A DNA stretch of 64,000 bases, from contig NC_042997.1 in assembly GCF_006345805.1 (NCBI RefSeq), forward strand, positions 210,676,001-210,740,000, given 5' to 3'. Below, piece after piece: positions 39,041 to 54,081 of the stretch. How positions within the stretch are numbered: the first letter of the stretch is position 1; each line of letters starts with the position of its first letter. The position numbers and the translations under genes are program-made. This DNA comes from Octopus sinensis (taxonomy: Eukaryota). The notes beneath the pieces are model-generated. The model was given only the letters and a program-made list of their open reading frames with translations, was not told the origin of the DNA and made no database searches.

Positions 39041-41185
39041 TATATGGGTTCAAAAAACCTGAACAAAAGGAAAAACGAGAACATAAAAAAGAAAAAAACA
39101 CGGAAAACGAACTTTGAGTCTTGAACAACGAAAGAAACAAATAGAGAAACGAGACAGGCAACATAAAGAACAATCCCTTCATCAGTTGTCCCCTATTTTA
39201 TCTACTCTGCGTTTCGAACGTTGGGACAAGATGCGACTTCGTTAAAACAGCCGTTCCCGCTAAGCAAATTAAATAAAATTTGGGATTTGCGGAGGGTTAA
39301 AGTTGTAACAAAAACAGGACAGTAAGGACAAAACAGTAAAAACAAACGGTAAGGGCTGTTAAGCCATCACGAGGTGAAGTGGTAAACACTGGAGAATCGA
39401 GCTTTGGCAGGAGACAGGCAAAAGTGTGTCTTATCTCTTGTAAAGCATGTGGAAGAAAGTAACAATGCCGAAGGTGTTATCATATTATTAGACAAAATAC
39501 CTACAAAGCAGCAGTTTGATTTAATGAAGGTAAAATTATAAATTCTATCATTTTCTCCTTTGTTGTTTCTTCATTATATTTCCTTCTTTTCCCTTCTCAG
39601 TTTTTATCCTTGTTCACTTTCTCCTCCACAACATCTCTCCTTTCTCTATCTCTCTCTCTCTCTCCCTATTCACTACACCTGCCCATCACTTTTACAACTC
39701 ATCCAATCATGTCTTCTCTCCCTCTCTTCCTTCTATCCTCTCTGTTTCACTGCTTATCTCTCAACACGTGTTCTTGATTATATTCCTCTCTCAATCCTTC
39801 TCTATCTCTACCAATCTCTTACTTTCCCATACACTCTTGCAATCTCTGCCCACCCACCCACACTTCCTCTTCTCCTGCCCCTCCTCACTTTCACTATTTT
39901 TATGGTCTTAAGTCATCAGCAATTCTTTGGTCTTTTATATGTAAGTATATATATCTAAATTTCGTACGACTCTATTGTCACGTATGTATATATGCTGGTC
40001 ACGTATGTATATATTATATATATATTGTATATATATATGTATGTATGTATGTATGTGTGTATGTATGTATGTATGTATGTATGTATGTATGTATGTATGT
40101 ATGTATGTATGTATGTATGTGTGTATGTATATATTATGTAATATAATGAGGCATATTAAAATGTCTCTGTTTTTGAAATTAGAGAATAATTTAAAGAATA
40201 CAGATAGACACAGACAATTAAAAGTCATATAATTAAAGAAAACACACTAATTTCTTGAATGTGATTAGGGCTTCTTGTATCAACGATCATCTTCATGTTC
40301 CAGAGCACTTCACCTTTGTCCCTTAATCCTCGCGTCGATAAAGTGCAGTTCAGGTGTGAGGGTAGTCAAGAAAAAGTCCACGTCCTTGTGGTTTAAAGAT
40401 TCCCGAGCAGTCCGTCCCTGCACGCTCCACATCATCGGAGCGCAACTCCTCGCAAATCTGCTCACCATCTCTCTTTAAATGTCGAGGTTGCTCATCTCAT
40501 TAATCCGTCAGTCATTCGGTTGGAGATTAGGAATGGTGTCTTGCTTTAACTTCCACACCTTTTTCTATTTAGGGTTCTAGCCCCCCCCCCCTCATTTTCC
40601 TTTTCCACTGTCCCTGACAGATCAACTTTTCTGTTCTTCGCTATTTTCCTCTTCTAGGATGGGGCGGTACCCCTGAGAGAAGTCTTCTTGTTTTCCTAAT
40701 TGTCTCCTTCTTGGTCACCAGGGGGTGCTAGGAACACGACGAGTCTCCTGGTCATTCTCGCAGCCGCCACTGACAATATTAGAAACTCTGACCTCCGAGA
40801 TCTACTCTTATTGCTGACGGCGACGGAATGTTTCTTTGGTCTTCCGCTAACATTCATTAGGAATTGTACGTCTATTGAGGCTCCACACGATGATGATGAT
40901 GAGGATGATGAGGAGGAGGATGATGATCCTTTCACTTATTGGCTACAAGGGCTCATACGTAGAACAGCATTTTACATAAGAATATCACGAGACACGACGT
41001 TCGAGGAAGCTTACATACAGCTACGAAAAACAGGATTGAGTAAAACGGCGTTCTTCAGTAAATGCGACGTAAATGGACGCGCACGCACGCATACACACAC
41101 ATACACACTTACATACATGCTTATATACCTTCACACATACACACCCACACACATATTCATATATATATATACATATACATATACA

Positions 41186-41218
<33 letters not shown>

Positions 41219-41225
41219 TGTGTAT

Positions 41226-42817
41226 ACTAGCTGAGTTACCAGGTAATACCCGGAAAAGCGGGGGTTATTTCCCGTTCCATGTCCTATCCTGTTCCCTGTT
41301 CGGTTTCCGTTTAAATTACAAATAGATTGACAAATACACGACGACGTGGGATAGATTTAGAAACACTGGCAAGGAATACAATTGAATCTTAAAATTGATT
41401 GATTGAAATGGTAAGGGAATATCAAAGTGGAATTGGCGGATGGTTGGGCGATGAGAGGATTGACGATGTGCGACTGCGAAACAATTGATTGATGGTGGAT
41501 TATTATCATAGCGAAATATTGCACAAATCTGTCCTAATCAAATGGTCCTGACAATGGTTGGAGAATGCATGATCTGACAAGGAATAAGCAAAAATTTATA
41601 TAAGACATTTTATTGTAAAAATTGCACGACAACGACGGGCCATTCATCTATGGAAGAAAATGAAAGACGTTATCTATAGTTTTATTGTTTCAGTACTTGG
41701 TCAAGTTTTAATAAATCTTAATACGGTGATCTGAAAACAAATATAAAAACACTTTACTTTTCGCTTGTTAGTTTAACGTGTGTTGTTGGACATATAGTAA
41801 AAGTTTTGACTGAGCAGACGATAGTTAATTCACTAAAAGGTATGCATTAAGTGATAGGTAAAAATTGAAGAACAAAGTATTAAAAATCGCCGTTCCCTTC
41901 AGTAAACACATTCTCTCTCGCTCTGTTCCTGTATTTGTAAAAGTTTTGACTGAGCAGACGATAGTTAATTCACTAAAGCGTATGCGTTAAATGATGGGTA
42001 AAAATGACAGAACAAATTATTAAAAATCGCTGTTCCCTTCGTAAACACATTCTCTCTCGCTCTGTTCCTGTCTCTTGTTCTCTCTCATTCCCTGTCTCTT
42101 TGTCTCTTCCTGTCTCCTCCCGTTCCCTGATACTGGGGTTTAAAGTTTAATCAATTTTACCTAATCAGAAAACAGGATTTGGAAGCTGGCATTTTTTACA
42201 TGCTAGCTGTCCATCAGAAAAATGAAAGCAGAATCATTACGAGGAGAAGTTTTTATTAAACAAACGAAAGCAAAGCACTACGACGACCAAAGTTGTAAGA
42301 ATTTCTGAAGTTCTAATAAGTTTTAATGAATAAAGTCATGGGAAACGATCGATCAAACATGTGAATAATTTAAAAAGGGAAAAGATCGTCAAGGAATTTT
42401 TTGCGAAAAATTGGACAAATCTTCCTGATCAAGAGGCATATCTATCGATGAAGGTATGGTCTGACAAGGAATAAGCAAACATTCATATAAGACATTATAT
42501 TATAGAAATTGTACGACAACGACGGGTCATTCATCTATGGAAGAACATGAAAGACGTTATCTATAGTTTTATTGTTTCAGTACGTTGGTCAAGTTTTAAT
42601 AAATCTTAATACGGTGATCTGAAAACAAATATAAAAACACTTTACTTTTCACTTGTTAGATTAACATATGTTGTTGGACATATAGTAACAATTTTGACTG
42701 AGCAGACGATAGTTAATTCACTAAAGTGTTAGGTAAAAATTAAAGAACAAAGTATTAAAAATCGCTGTTCCCTTCAGTAAACACATTCTCTCTCTCCCGC
42801 TCTGTCCCTGTGTCTCG

Positions 42818-42851
<34 letters not shown>

Positions 42852-43100
42852 GTCCTCCCCATCCTTGATATCAGCCACCCTCATTATGTCACCACATTTC
42901 CCTCACCTAACGCTTTTTGCACCCTCCCATAGGGGACCCCTTATCGAGTTTTAGGGTCGATTATCGATTTTTATTGAAATTCAATTAGCCTATAATTGAA
43001 CTGGATGTTAGTTTAACATGTATGCAAAGTTTCGTGAACATTGATTCGCTGGTATAGGCACCAACATGGTAATAGACAGAAATTGCCTTTTATATGTATA
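41226..43100 (-). mobile_element. Non-autonomous Helitron-like element with internal duplications
   Basis: The minus strand ends in a hairpin (ccgggtattacctgg) plus CTAG before T; duplicated blocks 41575-41925/42460-42790 and 41797-41930/41937-42070. Confidence 0.6.
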
Positions 43101-43107
43101 ATATATA

Positions 43108-43458
43108 TATATAAAATAAGTTTTAATGTGAAAAGCACAGAAATCTTGTTTGTGTAGATAAAGATTTTTTAATCCATCACTATATGTATAGAGTCGACCG
43201 GTTTCGCTTTGCTAATCATGCCTCAATATTATGAAATCATAATAAGTTTTTGATTTAATCTTGCGTAGAAGCAGGTTGATATAGTTTTACAGTTATACAG
43301 GAGAGTCTAAGCAAAATTAAATCAAAAACATATGATTTCACAACATTGAATCATAATTAGTGAAGTGAAACCGGTTGACGTATTGTAATGTGTTAAATAA
43401 CCTTTATCTACACAAACAAGATTTCTGTGCTTTTTCACCTTAAATCTTATTTTATATT
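43108..43458. repeat. Diverged inverted repeat with gaaaccggt hammerhead 3'-half motif
   Basis: aaaagcacagaaatcttgtttgtgtagataaag pairs with ctttatctacacaaacaagatttctgtgctttt; a related fragment lies at about 280-330. Confidence 0.75.
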
Positions 43459-43817
43459 TGCCACCACATGGAATCTCCCTCCGAATTTTTCACCTATATA
43501 TATATATATAGGGAGAGTTTACGAAAAGAACAAAAGACGAAGACAGGTGGTGTACAAAACAAACAGATGTATAACGTTCAGAAGTAGAAAAAGTCTTTTA
43601 CGTTTCGAGCCTACGCTCTTCTACAGAAAGGGACACAGAAAAAACAAGGAGAGAAAAAAATGTGTGTAGTGGCTAACGATCTATCATGAATATATTTATA
43701 TATACTTCGTTAGATATAATGTATATATTTATATATACTTCGTTTTTGTATCTGGTTTGCAAGATTCTTTATGTGAACTCGTGTATTGAAGCAAATTTTG
43801 TTGTTTCTGGGAATAAT

Positions 43818-44051
43818 CATATTGTTTTAATACCTTATTATTTAACACACTCACCGGTTCGATTTCCACTCATTTGTTTTTTTTTTCTACAAAAGTTTTC
43901 GTTGGTTTTGCAACTTTGTCAATAGATGGCTCTCAACAACCATTGACAAGTTTGCAAAAGCAACGAAAGTTTTGGAAGAAAAATATAAATAATAAATGAG
44001 TGGAAATCGAACCAGTGAGTGTGTTAGGTAATAAGCCATTAAGACAATATG
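43818..44051. repeat. Diverged inverted repeat with hammerhead-like U3:A8 motif (43940-43975)
   Basis: CCA-UUGACAA-GUUUGC-AAAA-GCAAC-GAAA-GUUU-UGG; the left arm also has UUGACAA. Confidence 0.6.
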
Positions 44052-46472
44052 ACTCTCATTAGTCTGCGGCCACGCTGGGGCACCGCGTGCAAGAATTTTA
44101 GACAAACGAATCAACCCAAGTACTTATTTTAAAAAATCATGATTCTTATTCTATCTATCTCTTCTGCCGAGCTGCTAAGTTACGGGGACGAAAACACACC
44201 AACGCCAGTTGTCAAGTGGTTTTGAGGGACAAACACAGACACAAAGACACACAGACAGATATATATTTATATGCACGCGTCAAGTGTCTTTCAGTTCCAT
44301 CTATCAAATCTGCTCACAAGGCTTTTCTTGAAGACACTTGACACTGAGACTGAACCTGGAACCATGGAGTTGGGAAGCAAAGCACTTACCACACAGCCAC
44401 GCCTGCGTCTTCCATCTGAATCAAATTTCATATTTTCTCAATGAAATCGCGGGGCAAGAAGACAGAAAATTTCGTCACTTGAGCTGTTTTCTGGAAGATG
44501 ACTTGTATTCGGAACCAGTTTTTGGCATGTGACTGTAGCAAAAAAAAGAAATTCCTGCGCTTGATGCCGTCTTCGTTGTTTGTTGTTGTTTGTAAAATAG
44601 TTAAAGATTTTTTTTTTCTTTTGGTTTCTTTTTTCTGTGTCGTGCAAACGTCTGAGTTGGCTTATTTGAAGGTTATCACATCATTTTTTCCCCCGCCTGT
44701 CAAATTTGATTCTTCTAAAATACTGTTCTTGTTTACAAAATTTTCGAAATTCTGTTCCAAATTCTTGTGGGCGTTCACGTTAGAAGAAGAACCAAACACA
44801 CTGTTACACAAATAAACAAACAATAGCGAAATATTTTATACAAAAATATTTAACAACAAAGCATGTGTGTGTGTGTGTGTGTGTGTGTTTTCACTCCAGG
44901 CTAAAAAGAGCTGGAGACTCAAATGTGGTAAAGAGTATCAATCTCGGCCTCAAAGAGGTTGTCTTTAGAGTATAGACGTGGCAACCCTATGCTTCCATGG
45001 GCCAATGGCTATGTTTGACCACGTCTCCTCCCCTCAGAACGCAACAACAAAATATATCAGGTTGAGTAAATCAAAAGTGTAGACAAAAATGTTTAAGGAC
45101 TTCTTGAAAGAATTGGAAAAATAACCAAATATTTCAATAGAAAAACAAAACAAACTATACAACGCTAAGCTGCCTGTCGTCTGTACCTTAGAAATATGGC
45201 GGAGGATGAATAATTATATGAGTTAAAATGGAATTGCGAGAAACGCAGAAAGAATATTGCAAATGTTCATTTGGATGGTAACATAAATGATGAGTGTCAC
45301 CTTTTGGCACAATGCCAGCAATTTCGAGGGAAGGGTAAAGTCAGTTAGACCAACCGTAGGGTTCAACATGTTCTTATTTTATCGTCCTCGAAAGAATGGA
45401 AGGCAAAGTGGATCTCGGTTGAATATAAAGTCAGGACATTAAAACGGACGAAATACCGCTCAGCATTTTGTGCTTCCGGTGTGGTAGCAGTTTTGTCGCC
45501 TCGGTTGTAAAAGAAACATTATTGACCAAATAAGCCGTAAGTAGAAGGAAGAAATGTAGGGAATGGACTCACCTGGAGAAGACAAAGAAACAAATGAATA
45601 ATCGAAAGGTAAATAGGAGATTGAGATTATAATATTATCTGTGAGGGAAGTAAGGAAGTCCATGCAAATAGCTACAAAAGACCTTTTTGTTTTCTCTTTA
45701 AAGAAGCCAATCAATATAAATGAGAGGCTGAGCCTCGAAACGACGATGCCTTTGAGTGTATTTGTCTATATATGCGCGTGACTATACACCTGTTTAAGCC
45801 TGCGTGGTTGGTCCTTCCAATATATATATATACAGAAACCGGTGTGTATACACACATTCACACATTCACACAAAATCTCATCAACAAACTCACCCTAATA
45901 AATTCCTCCTCCTCCCCCCATTTACCCATATTTCAATCCACCGATTAAAAATTCTTGAAGGCAGTGCCCCAGCACGGCCGCAGTCTAATGACTGAAAATA
46001 AAAGGTAAAAAGTTAAAAAATGAGTTTCTTTTCCTGAAAATAACCACAACTCCAGAACTCCAGCACATTTCACACACATTCAACATGCACACACGCACTT
46101 AGCATGGCCCTTCCACACACCCATTCACCCATTCATACACCAATACATCAACACACCCGTATACTCCTACCTCCCCCACCCCACCTCAGTTGTATATAAA
46201 ATCGGAACTTATGTCACACTGCTACCAGCAAGAAAGAAATTATTCCAGCTCTAATGACAAAGGAACGTTTGAAATCTGGTTCTGTTTTCAGATTCTTATC
46301 TATTTGCCTTATCAAACGAAAACACACACACACACACACACACTCATACACCCTCACACACACACGCGCACATAATATTCACTCTCACACACTCACACAT
46401 ACACACATGCACGTACACTCACACACAGACACACACACAAATATATACATACATATATATATATATATATAT

Positions 46473-47770
46473 ACTAGCAGAGGTACCCGGCGTTGCCCGT
46501 GTTACATGCAATTGAAGAATTAGACTTTTCTGTCATATTTTCTCTAATGAACCGGAATATCTATGTTTCGAATTTCATAAAAATTGCAGATGAGGGTTAT
46601 TTCCCTCTTTACACACACCCCAAAAATTGTAATCGTGCCACATATATCCCATACTACTGATTTTTATGCGCTTATTCCAAAATTCCAGTCTTATTGAACC
46701 TTTTAAAAAGATTTTGCCCCTGAAAAATGAAGGTCATAGAGCCCTAAAATGTGAGAGTTAAGGCTCCTGTTGGTGGGTGGGTGGGTGGGGGGCATCTTAA
46801 TGTCAACCAGAGAAGTTGAATTGTTGAGATTTTTTTTACTTGGGTCTTATATTTATTGTTTGAATTTCTTTGAAATAGGAAATATATGTTCACTGGGTTT
46901 GTAAAAGAGAGCAATAAGCAGTCAGCTACCCTACCCTAGTCAAAACCACTCCCAATGTAGGATTCCTCACCATCCAGGTGACAGGCACAGCCGTAAGATG
47001 CATTACGAATCTATAGCAATTGGAAGGGCGTGACCCAACTGAAATAAACATTAACAACTGTGTGACGTGAGGGCTAAGGAGAAATGAAAGTTGGAGTTTG
47101 CAAATGACCACTATACTGATATGTAACTGGACAGAATAAATTTACAATCTATAAATGTCTTTGAATAACCAGTAACTCATCTGGGAAGGCCTTGAAATCA
47201 ATGTTACCATCTGGGGACTATGTGTGACCGAGTGATAATAAAAAGACTGAAAGGAGGTCTGCAATCAAATAACTTCACTCAACACTTTGCAACGGAATCA
47301 TTGGAGGCAAAGGTGCCTCTCATTTACTTGACAATTTATGCAGCACATTGCAGAAATCACAATGTAAGTGTATGTCAAAGCAAACTGTTACACTGTTGTA
47401 CCATTGAATTACAAATAATGCTCAACTTTTATGCTCGGGTAACCCTACAGCTTCCAAGAGCACAACTGTATTCGTTTTTGCTTTGATAAAATGACAAAAT
47501 TGTGGATGTTAAGTCCCCATGGTGGGGTCTTTATAACTTGTATGAAGATGGAATTTTATAAATATTACATCATTTGTGTCTAATATCTATGGTTAAAATT
47601 TCATCAACAGCAAAAATATATGAATTGTCATGGGGGTTATGGCCCTTATGCATAGAATATAATTTCCAAATTTCATAAAGATTCATTCAGTACTTTTGAC
47701 CTAGTTTTGGATCAAAAAAGAAATGACTAAAATTTGGGAGTTAAGGCTCCCGTTAGGGTTTTATATATAT
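46473..47770 (-). mobile_element. Non-autonomous Helitron-like element
   Basis: Minus-strand end cgggcaacgccgggtacctctgCTAGt (hairpin + CTAG); the other end lies in (TA)n. Confidence 0.62.
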
Positions 47771-47806
<36 letters not shown>

Positions 47807-47911
47807 AATTGATCACAATAAAATAAAAACATGATGCGAAGGATTTACTCCACCACCTACACCACCAAATGGTATACACAGGTGCTTATAATTATCAAGT
47901 ACTCACCCCGA

Positions 47912-47965
<54 letters not shown>

Positions 47966-48037
47966 TATATATATATGTATGTATGTATATATATATATGT
48001 GTGTGTGTATGTGTGTGTGTGTGTGAACTTGACAGTC

Positions 48038-48105
<68 letters not shown>

Positions 48106-48111
<6 letters not shown>

Positions 48112-49022
48112 GACTGTCAAGTTCACACATGACTGGCAAGATCTTGACACCCTCGTTTGCAGCCTCAGCTACAGTCGTCTCCCGTGGATAGAGATCCTGG
48201 TAGTACTCCACCCATCTATCCATTTGCTTGCTTTGGTCCTTGATGAGATCTCCAGTAGTTGATTTCAGAGGGGCTGACTTGGTTGCGGATGGACCGAGGG
48301 CCTTCTTCAAACCGGCATACATCCCAAGGTTGTCGCCACTGTCAGCAGCTGACTGGATACTCTGACAGATTTCCTGCCAATACCTATTTGCACAGCGTCT
48401 GGCAGTCAGTTGGGTTTTATTTCTTGCCTTTCTGAGTTCTTCGAGTGACTTTGTAGAAGAATCACTCTTGTATTGCATCAGAGCTGCACGCTTTGCTTCG
48501 ATAACTGTTTCCAGCTCTGAGAGCCCAGCACTGAACCAATCTGGGTTTTGCCTTTCTCTCATGCCGAAAGTATCTATTGATGTGGTATACAAAGCTTCCC
48601 TGATATAATTCCACCTACTTTCAGCAGAGGAGGTTGGGCAGCTACTGAGGGCAACCTTGATGGAAACAGCAAAACATTTTCGCACTGTAGGGTCCGAGGT
48701 TCTGGCAGTGTTAATGCGTGGTCGGCCCATTTTCTTGGAGTGATGGACTTTGTTAGGCAGAATCCTCACCCTGCTTCTTATTAGTGAATAATGTATGTCA
48801 CAATCCGCGCTGGGGTAACTACGGGTCAGTTGAGCAGAATTCAGAAAGGATCTTCGTGTAATGATAAGATCCAGCTGATGCCAGTGCTGAGATATAGGAT
48901 GTCTCCAAGATTCCTTGTGGGATGTCTTGCTGCCAAAGAATGTGTTGGTGATGCACGGGTTATGGTATGTGCAAAATTCAAGTAGTCTCTGACCATTGTC
49001 ATTCATGTTGCCAACACCAAAA
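48106..49022 (-). mobile_element. RTE/BovB-like LINE fragment (endonuclease C-terminus + linker)
   Basis: FGVGNMNDNGQRLLEFC, ITNTFF, SWRHP.S.HWHQLDLIITRR, ADCDIH, RW.EYY.DLY. Confidence 0.88.
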
Positions 49023-49102
49023 CACATACACTTACATATATACATACATATATATACGATTGATTTGTGTTCAGTCCCTGTCTACGAAATCCATATATAT
49101 AT

Positions 49103-49160
<58 letters not shown>

Positions 49161-49581
49161 TATATATATATATATATACATACAAGTATTGCTTGGGTTT
49201 GTTTCGACCCTTTAGAATTGGAATTTTTGAAAAGTAAAAATTTTGCATTATGCAACTTGTTATTCTCTTCAAGTGAACATTTTTCCAGTTGAAAACCCGA
49301 AAATGGTGACACAGCAGTCAAAAAGTTCACTATTCACTATTCAATGCATGGGATAAGGCCTAAACAAACACATTATCGATTTTTGCACTTGCGAGATGAA
49401 TTTCGGAACAGAAATAACGCAGATCAATTTTCATTCGCCTAAACTTTAAGTGACCCATTTTTGGTGGCTCTACGATTTGTTGGCTAGGAGGAGATGTGCC
49501 GGGAAGTTAAACACACTGACACACACACAGATACACACACAGACACACAAGTTGAGTTATATATATATATATATATATATG

Positions 49582-49618
<37 letters not shown>

Positions 49619-50118
49619 AAAGATAAATTGATAGATACAACTGAGTGGGCAAAAAAAAATATGAGACACTGCGTAGTGCTTTTTTATATTTTGATAAGCC
49701 TGATACTTATTCTATCAGTTTCTTCTTGTGAAACCAGTAAGTTATGGGGATGTAAATAAACGAACACCAGTTGTAAAGCAGTTATGAGGGAGAAACACAA
49801 ATACACACACATAGACTTACATATGTACACACATATACATACAACTGATTTCTTTCAGTTTCTGTCTACAAAATCCACTGACAAGGCTTTGGTTGGTCTG
49901 AGGCTATAGCAGAAGACACATGCCAAGTTACCACACAGTGGGACTGAACTGAGAACCATGTGTTTTGGAACCAAGTTTGTTACCACACAGCCAAACCTGC
50001 ACCTATGTGTGTGTGTGTGTGGGTGGGTGGAGGTGTGTGTATGGGTGTATATATATATGCATGTAGATATGTGTATATATATGAGTATATATTACATGTA
50101 CATGTATATATATACATG

Positions 50119-50228
<110 letters not shown>

Positions 50229-50778
50229 AATTAAGGACTGAACACGAAAAGTGGACAGTCAACATGCTAGATATAGACGTCAAATCGCCATTCACCACAA
50301 AAGATTATGTTCTCAGATCAAACTCAACACAAAACCATAGCAATAAACAAGTGAAAAATATTTTTCACTTGTTTATTGCTATGGTTTTGTGTGAGTTTGA
50401 TCTGAGAACATAATCTTTTGTGGTGAATGGCGATTTGACGTCTATATCTAGCATGTTGACTGTCCACTTTTCGTGTTCAGTCCTTAATTGGTATATATAA
50501 ATATTTTAATCTTCGGATTCTTTTTTAATATGCTAGACCACTGGTCTTAATTGATAAATATCAATTTCTACCCTAATTAATTTTATATAATAAATATGTT
50601 CCCTAACCGATAAATTAACTGCTGCTAATTATTAGCTGCAGGCTAGTTTTCTCGGGTTTCAACGCGCCAAAGTAAAGGCATTTGAAAGATATATTCAAAT
50701 GTAATAGGCTGAACTCCATGCACGCGATATTTCGGTATCGTGTTTGCATCTAGTCCAGCAAATTACATTTATAACGGA

Positions 50779-50842
50779 CCATGCTGATGATGGCTGCAAT
50801 TTTCCTTGCGGAAAATAACAGCTGAAACTAATTAGTACATGG
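50779..50842 (+). ncRNA. Type I hammerhead ribozyme (canonical core) in palindrome + tandem element 50222-51092
   Basis: CCAUG-CUGAUGA-U-GGCUG..CAGCU-GAAA-CUAAUUAG-UA^CAUGG; palindrome centred at about 50360, direct repeats 50358-50588 and 50860-51092. Confidence 0.88.
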
Positions 50843-51408
50843 GTAATTATTTTATTTCGTATATTTTTCACTTGTTTATTGCTATGGTTTTGTGTTGAGT
50901 TTGATCTGAGAACATAATCTTTTGTGGTGAATGGCGATTTGACGTCTATATCTAGCATGTTGACTGTCCACTTTTCGTGTTCAGTCCTTAATTGGTATAT
51001 ATAAATATTTTAATCTTCGGATTCTTTTTTAATATGCTAGACCACTGGTCTTAATTGATAAATATCAATTTCTACCCTTAATTAATTTTATATATATATA
51101 TGTATATATATATACATCCACAGAGAGCTGTTTTTATTTCACTTTTAACACATAATACTGAAATAGTGGAAAAGATATGATATTGCAGTGGGCCCGCCCT
51201 AGGCAAGAAGTTAAACATTTTTTTACCAATGACACTACATGGACCCAAAGTAAGGCATGTCTAAAATTTGAATGAAATTGGTTTTGTAGTTCTCAAGTTA
51301 TAGGGATTCATAGTGGAGAAGATATGATATTGCTATGGGCTCGCCCTAGGCAAGAAGTTAAAAGATTTTTTGCCCAAGTAAGGCATGTGTAAAATTTGAA
51401 TATATATA

Positions 51409-52310
51409 CTAGCATTAAAGACCCGTCGTTGCCGGGTCATAGTGCTAGTGCATGTATATATGTGTAAATATATGTGTACATATTACATGTGCATCTATAT
51501 ATATACATCTACACATAAAATACAAAATACAAAGTTATATCTTGATATCGCTAGTGATAACAATACTCAAAATATATAACAGACTGGAATTGTTAGCCCG
51601 TCTCTTGTAATTTCGATCAATTGTATCTTGTCCTCCCTCTTGTATAGAAGTGTGGCTACAATCCAGCCTACCTCTACTTCTGGGGGGTGGGGGAATTTTA
51701 AATTTTTATCTGGGACGTCCTACGTCTCAGATATAAAGGTAAAAATAAAATATTTCCACTTTGCAAGTTCGAGTCGAGTACTCCCTTGCACGCTCCGTTG
51801 ACTTGAACCTTGCTTCTATTGCGGCAAATTTACCGCCTCTGATTAGATACCTTTCATAGTCGCACCAAGACACTTTTCGAAGGTGCTTTCCTCCATGTGT
51901 TCAAATCTTTTTTCTCTACATTGTATACTTTATAGACAATAGTCTTTCCTTTAATTTAATTTTTTATTATCCATCTGGACTATTCCATTTCTGCACGCTA
52001 ATTTTATTTTTAATTTATTCCCATTCATGTGATACCACTTATTCAAGTTCAAATCATTGATGCAATTTTATACCAATTGCTGTTTTTACTTTTGTCATGT
52101 TACTTTAGTTTGATTTTAATTATTACTTACTACATATAATTCAATTATTATTATTTTTTTTATTGTTAAAGTGAAAGTATCTGACATAAAATAGAGAAAC
52201 GTTTTTGTTTCACTTTTATTGTTGTGTAGTTTTAGGGAAACACACAGACAGACAGGCAAACAGACAGGCAGACAGACAGACACACATTCTCAGTTTTATA
52301 TATATATATA
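51409..52310 (-). mobile_element. Non-autonomous Helitron-like element
   Basis: Minus-strand end acccggcaacgacgggtctttaatgCTAGt; (caga)n near the other end. Confidence 0.6.
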
Positions 52311-52637
52311 TATATAATTTTGCAATTAAGGACAACTACTTAATAAGGAAAACTTAACAAGAAATTGTCAGGTAGATAGCGTAAAAACCTTCTCTTATGA
52401 GGTTTTTACGCTATCTACCTGACAATTTCTTGTTAAGTTTTCCTTATTAAGTAGTTGTCCTTAATTGCAAAATTTTTATTCCGAAAAAACTTTTCCTCTC
52501 CCGAAATGCAATTTTGTAAAAGTTTGCCATTCACCCGGATGTAATATATATAAACTCACCCATGTGCTTCGTTGATGTTGATCAGTTAGCTGTTCGGCTT
52601 AAGCGAGGCAGGGTCGTTGTTTATTTATAATACATTC

Positions 52638-52685
52638 AGGCCTGCTGATGATTACGTAAGTATGAAATCACTGTGATACAGGCCT
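52638..52685 (+). ncRNA. Minimal type I hammerhead ribozyme (canonical core) in hairpin element 52316-52775
   Basis: AGGCCUG-CUGAUGA-UUAC-GUAA-GUAU-GAAA-UCAC-U-GUGA-UA^CAGGCCU; upstream perfect hairpin 52316-52474. Confidence 0.85.
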
Positions 52686-53609
52686 ATATTTTTAAATGTC
52701 TTACTTTGAAAAATTGCATTCGGTGGGATTAGTAATATTTTTGGTAGAAATGACTGATTGTCCCTCTTAGCGTTTGGCATGTATATATAATGCCTCCTGG
52801 CATGTATGTATAATTATGCCCTCTATATATAATATTATATTATATATATATATATATATTATATTATATATATTATATACATATATATATTATATATTAT
52901 ATATATATATACAAGGGGCTAAACACAGAGAGGATAAACAAGGACAGACAGACATATATATATAATTATATATATATATATATATATAATATATATATAT
53001 ATATATAATATATATATATATGCGTATATAAAGAAATATATGTGAATGGATGTAGGTAGTTATTTTGTGGGATAAATATTTTGGGATCCAATAAAAAATA
53101 TATACCATTGCAAAAGAAAGAAGTGACAAGACGAACTGAACTTAGCCATGCCAGCACCAGGATGTCTCCACATCTGATTTATTGCAGGTGACACAGACGG
53201 CGGCCATTCCTTTATAGCGACGAGCAAACTTATCAACAAAGAACATAATTATATCGTCAATTTCTACTGACTCCTTCTTCATCCACTTCTTTACTTGTAT
53301 TCCTTTGTTTCTCTTACGTAAAAGTGATTTCGTAGGCTCACCCAGTCTGGAATGTATTTCTTTGCGAGATAGCAGAATCACTCAGCATGTTACGTTTTAC
53401 AGAGTTCTGAGGAATCATTTCCAACATGTGCTATAAAAGAAATCCAAATTAATCATAGTTGCCGGTATTGTTAGAACAATAACCAACCTTGGTTAATGTT
53501 CTATTTAATTTATATTTAATGAAGATGAAACGATTGTAAACAATGTATGAAAATGATTTTCTAACTCTATTTTTTGATATTTGGTCATTTTTAGCTGTCC
53601 TACTCTTTT

Positions 53610-54021
53610 GCTTATTTCAGTGATTTGACTGCGGCCATGCTGGGGCACCGCCTTTAGTCGAGCAAATCGATATTATTTGTAAGCCTAGTACTTATTCTAT
53701 TGATCCCTTTTGCTAAACCGCTAGTTTATGGGGAACGTAAATACACAACCATCGGTTGTTAAACGGTGGTGGGGGACAGCATAAACGCAGACACAGACAC
53801 AGACACAGACACACACACACACACACACACACACACGCGCGCGTATATATATATATATGACGGGCTTCTTTCAGTTTTCTTCTACCAAATCCACTCACAA
53901 GGCTTTGGTCGGCTGATGGGTATATTAGAAGACACTTGCCCAAGGTGCCACGCAGTGGGATTGAACCCGGATACATGTGGTTGGGAAACAAGTTTCTTAT
54001 CACGCAGCCACTCCTGCGCCT
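53610..54021 (-). mobile_element. SINE family B
   Basis: Full head to tail with internal microsatellite. Confidence 0.85.
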
Positions 54022-54081
54022 ATATATGTGTGTGTTTGTGCGTGTGTGTGTGTGTGTGTGTTGTGTGTGTGTGTGTGTGTG

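Noticed and set aside
53142-53381. 79 aa minus-strand ORF
   Set aside because: No recognisable motif or convincing splice context.
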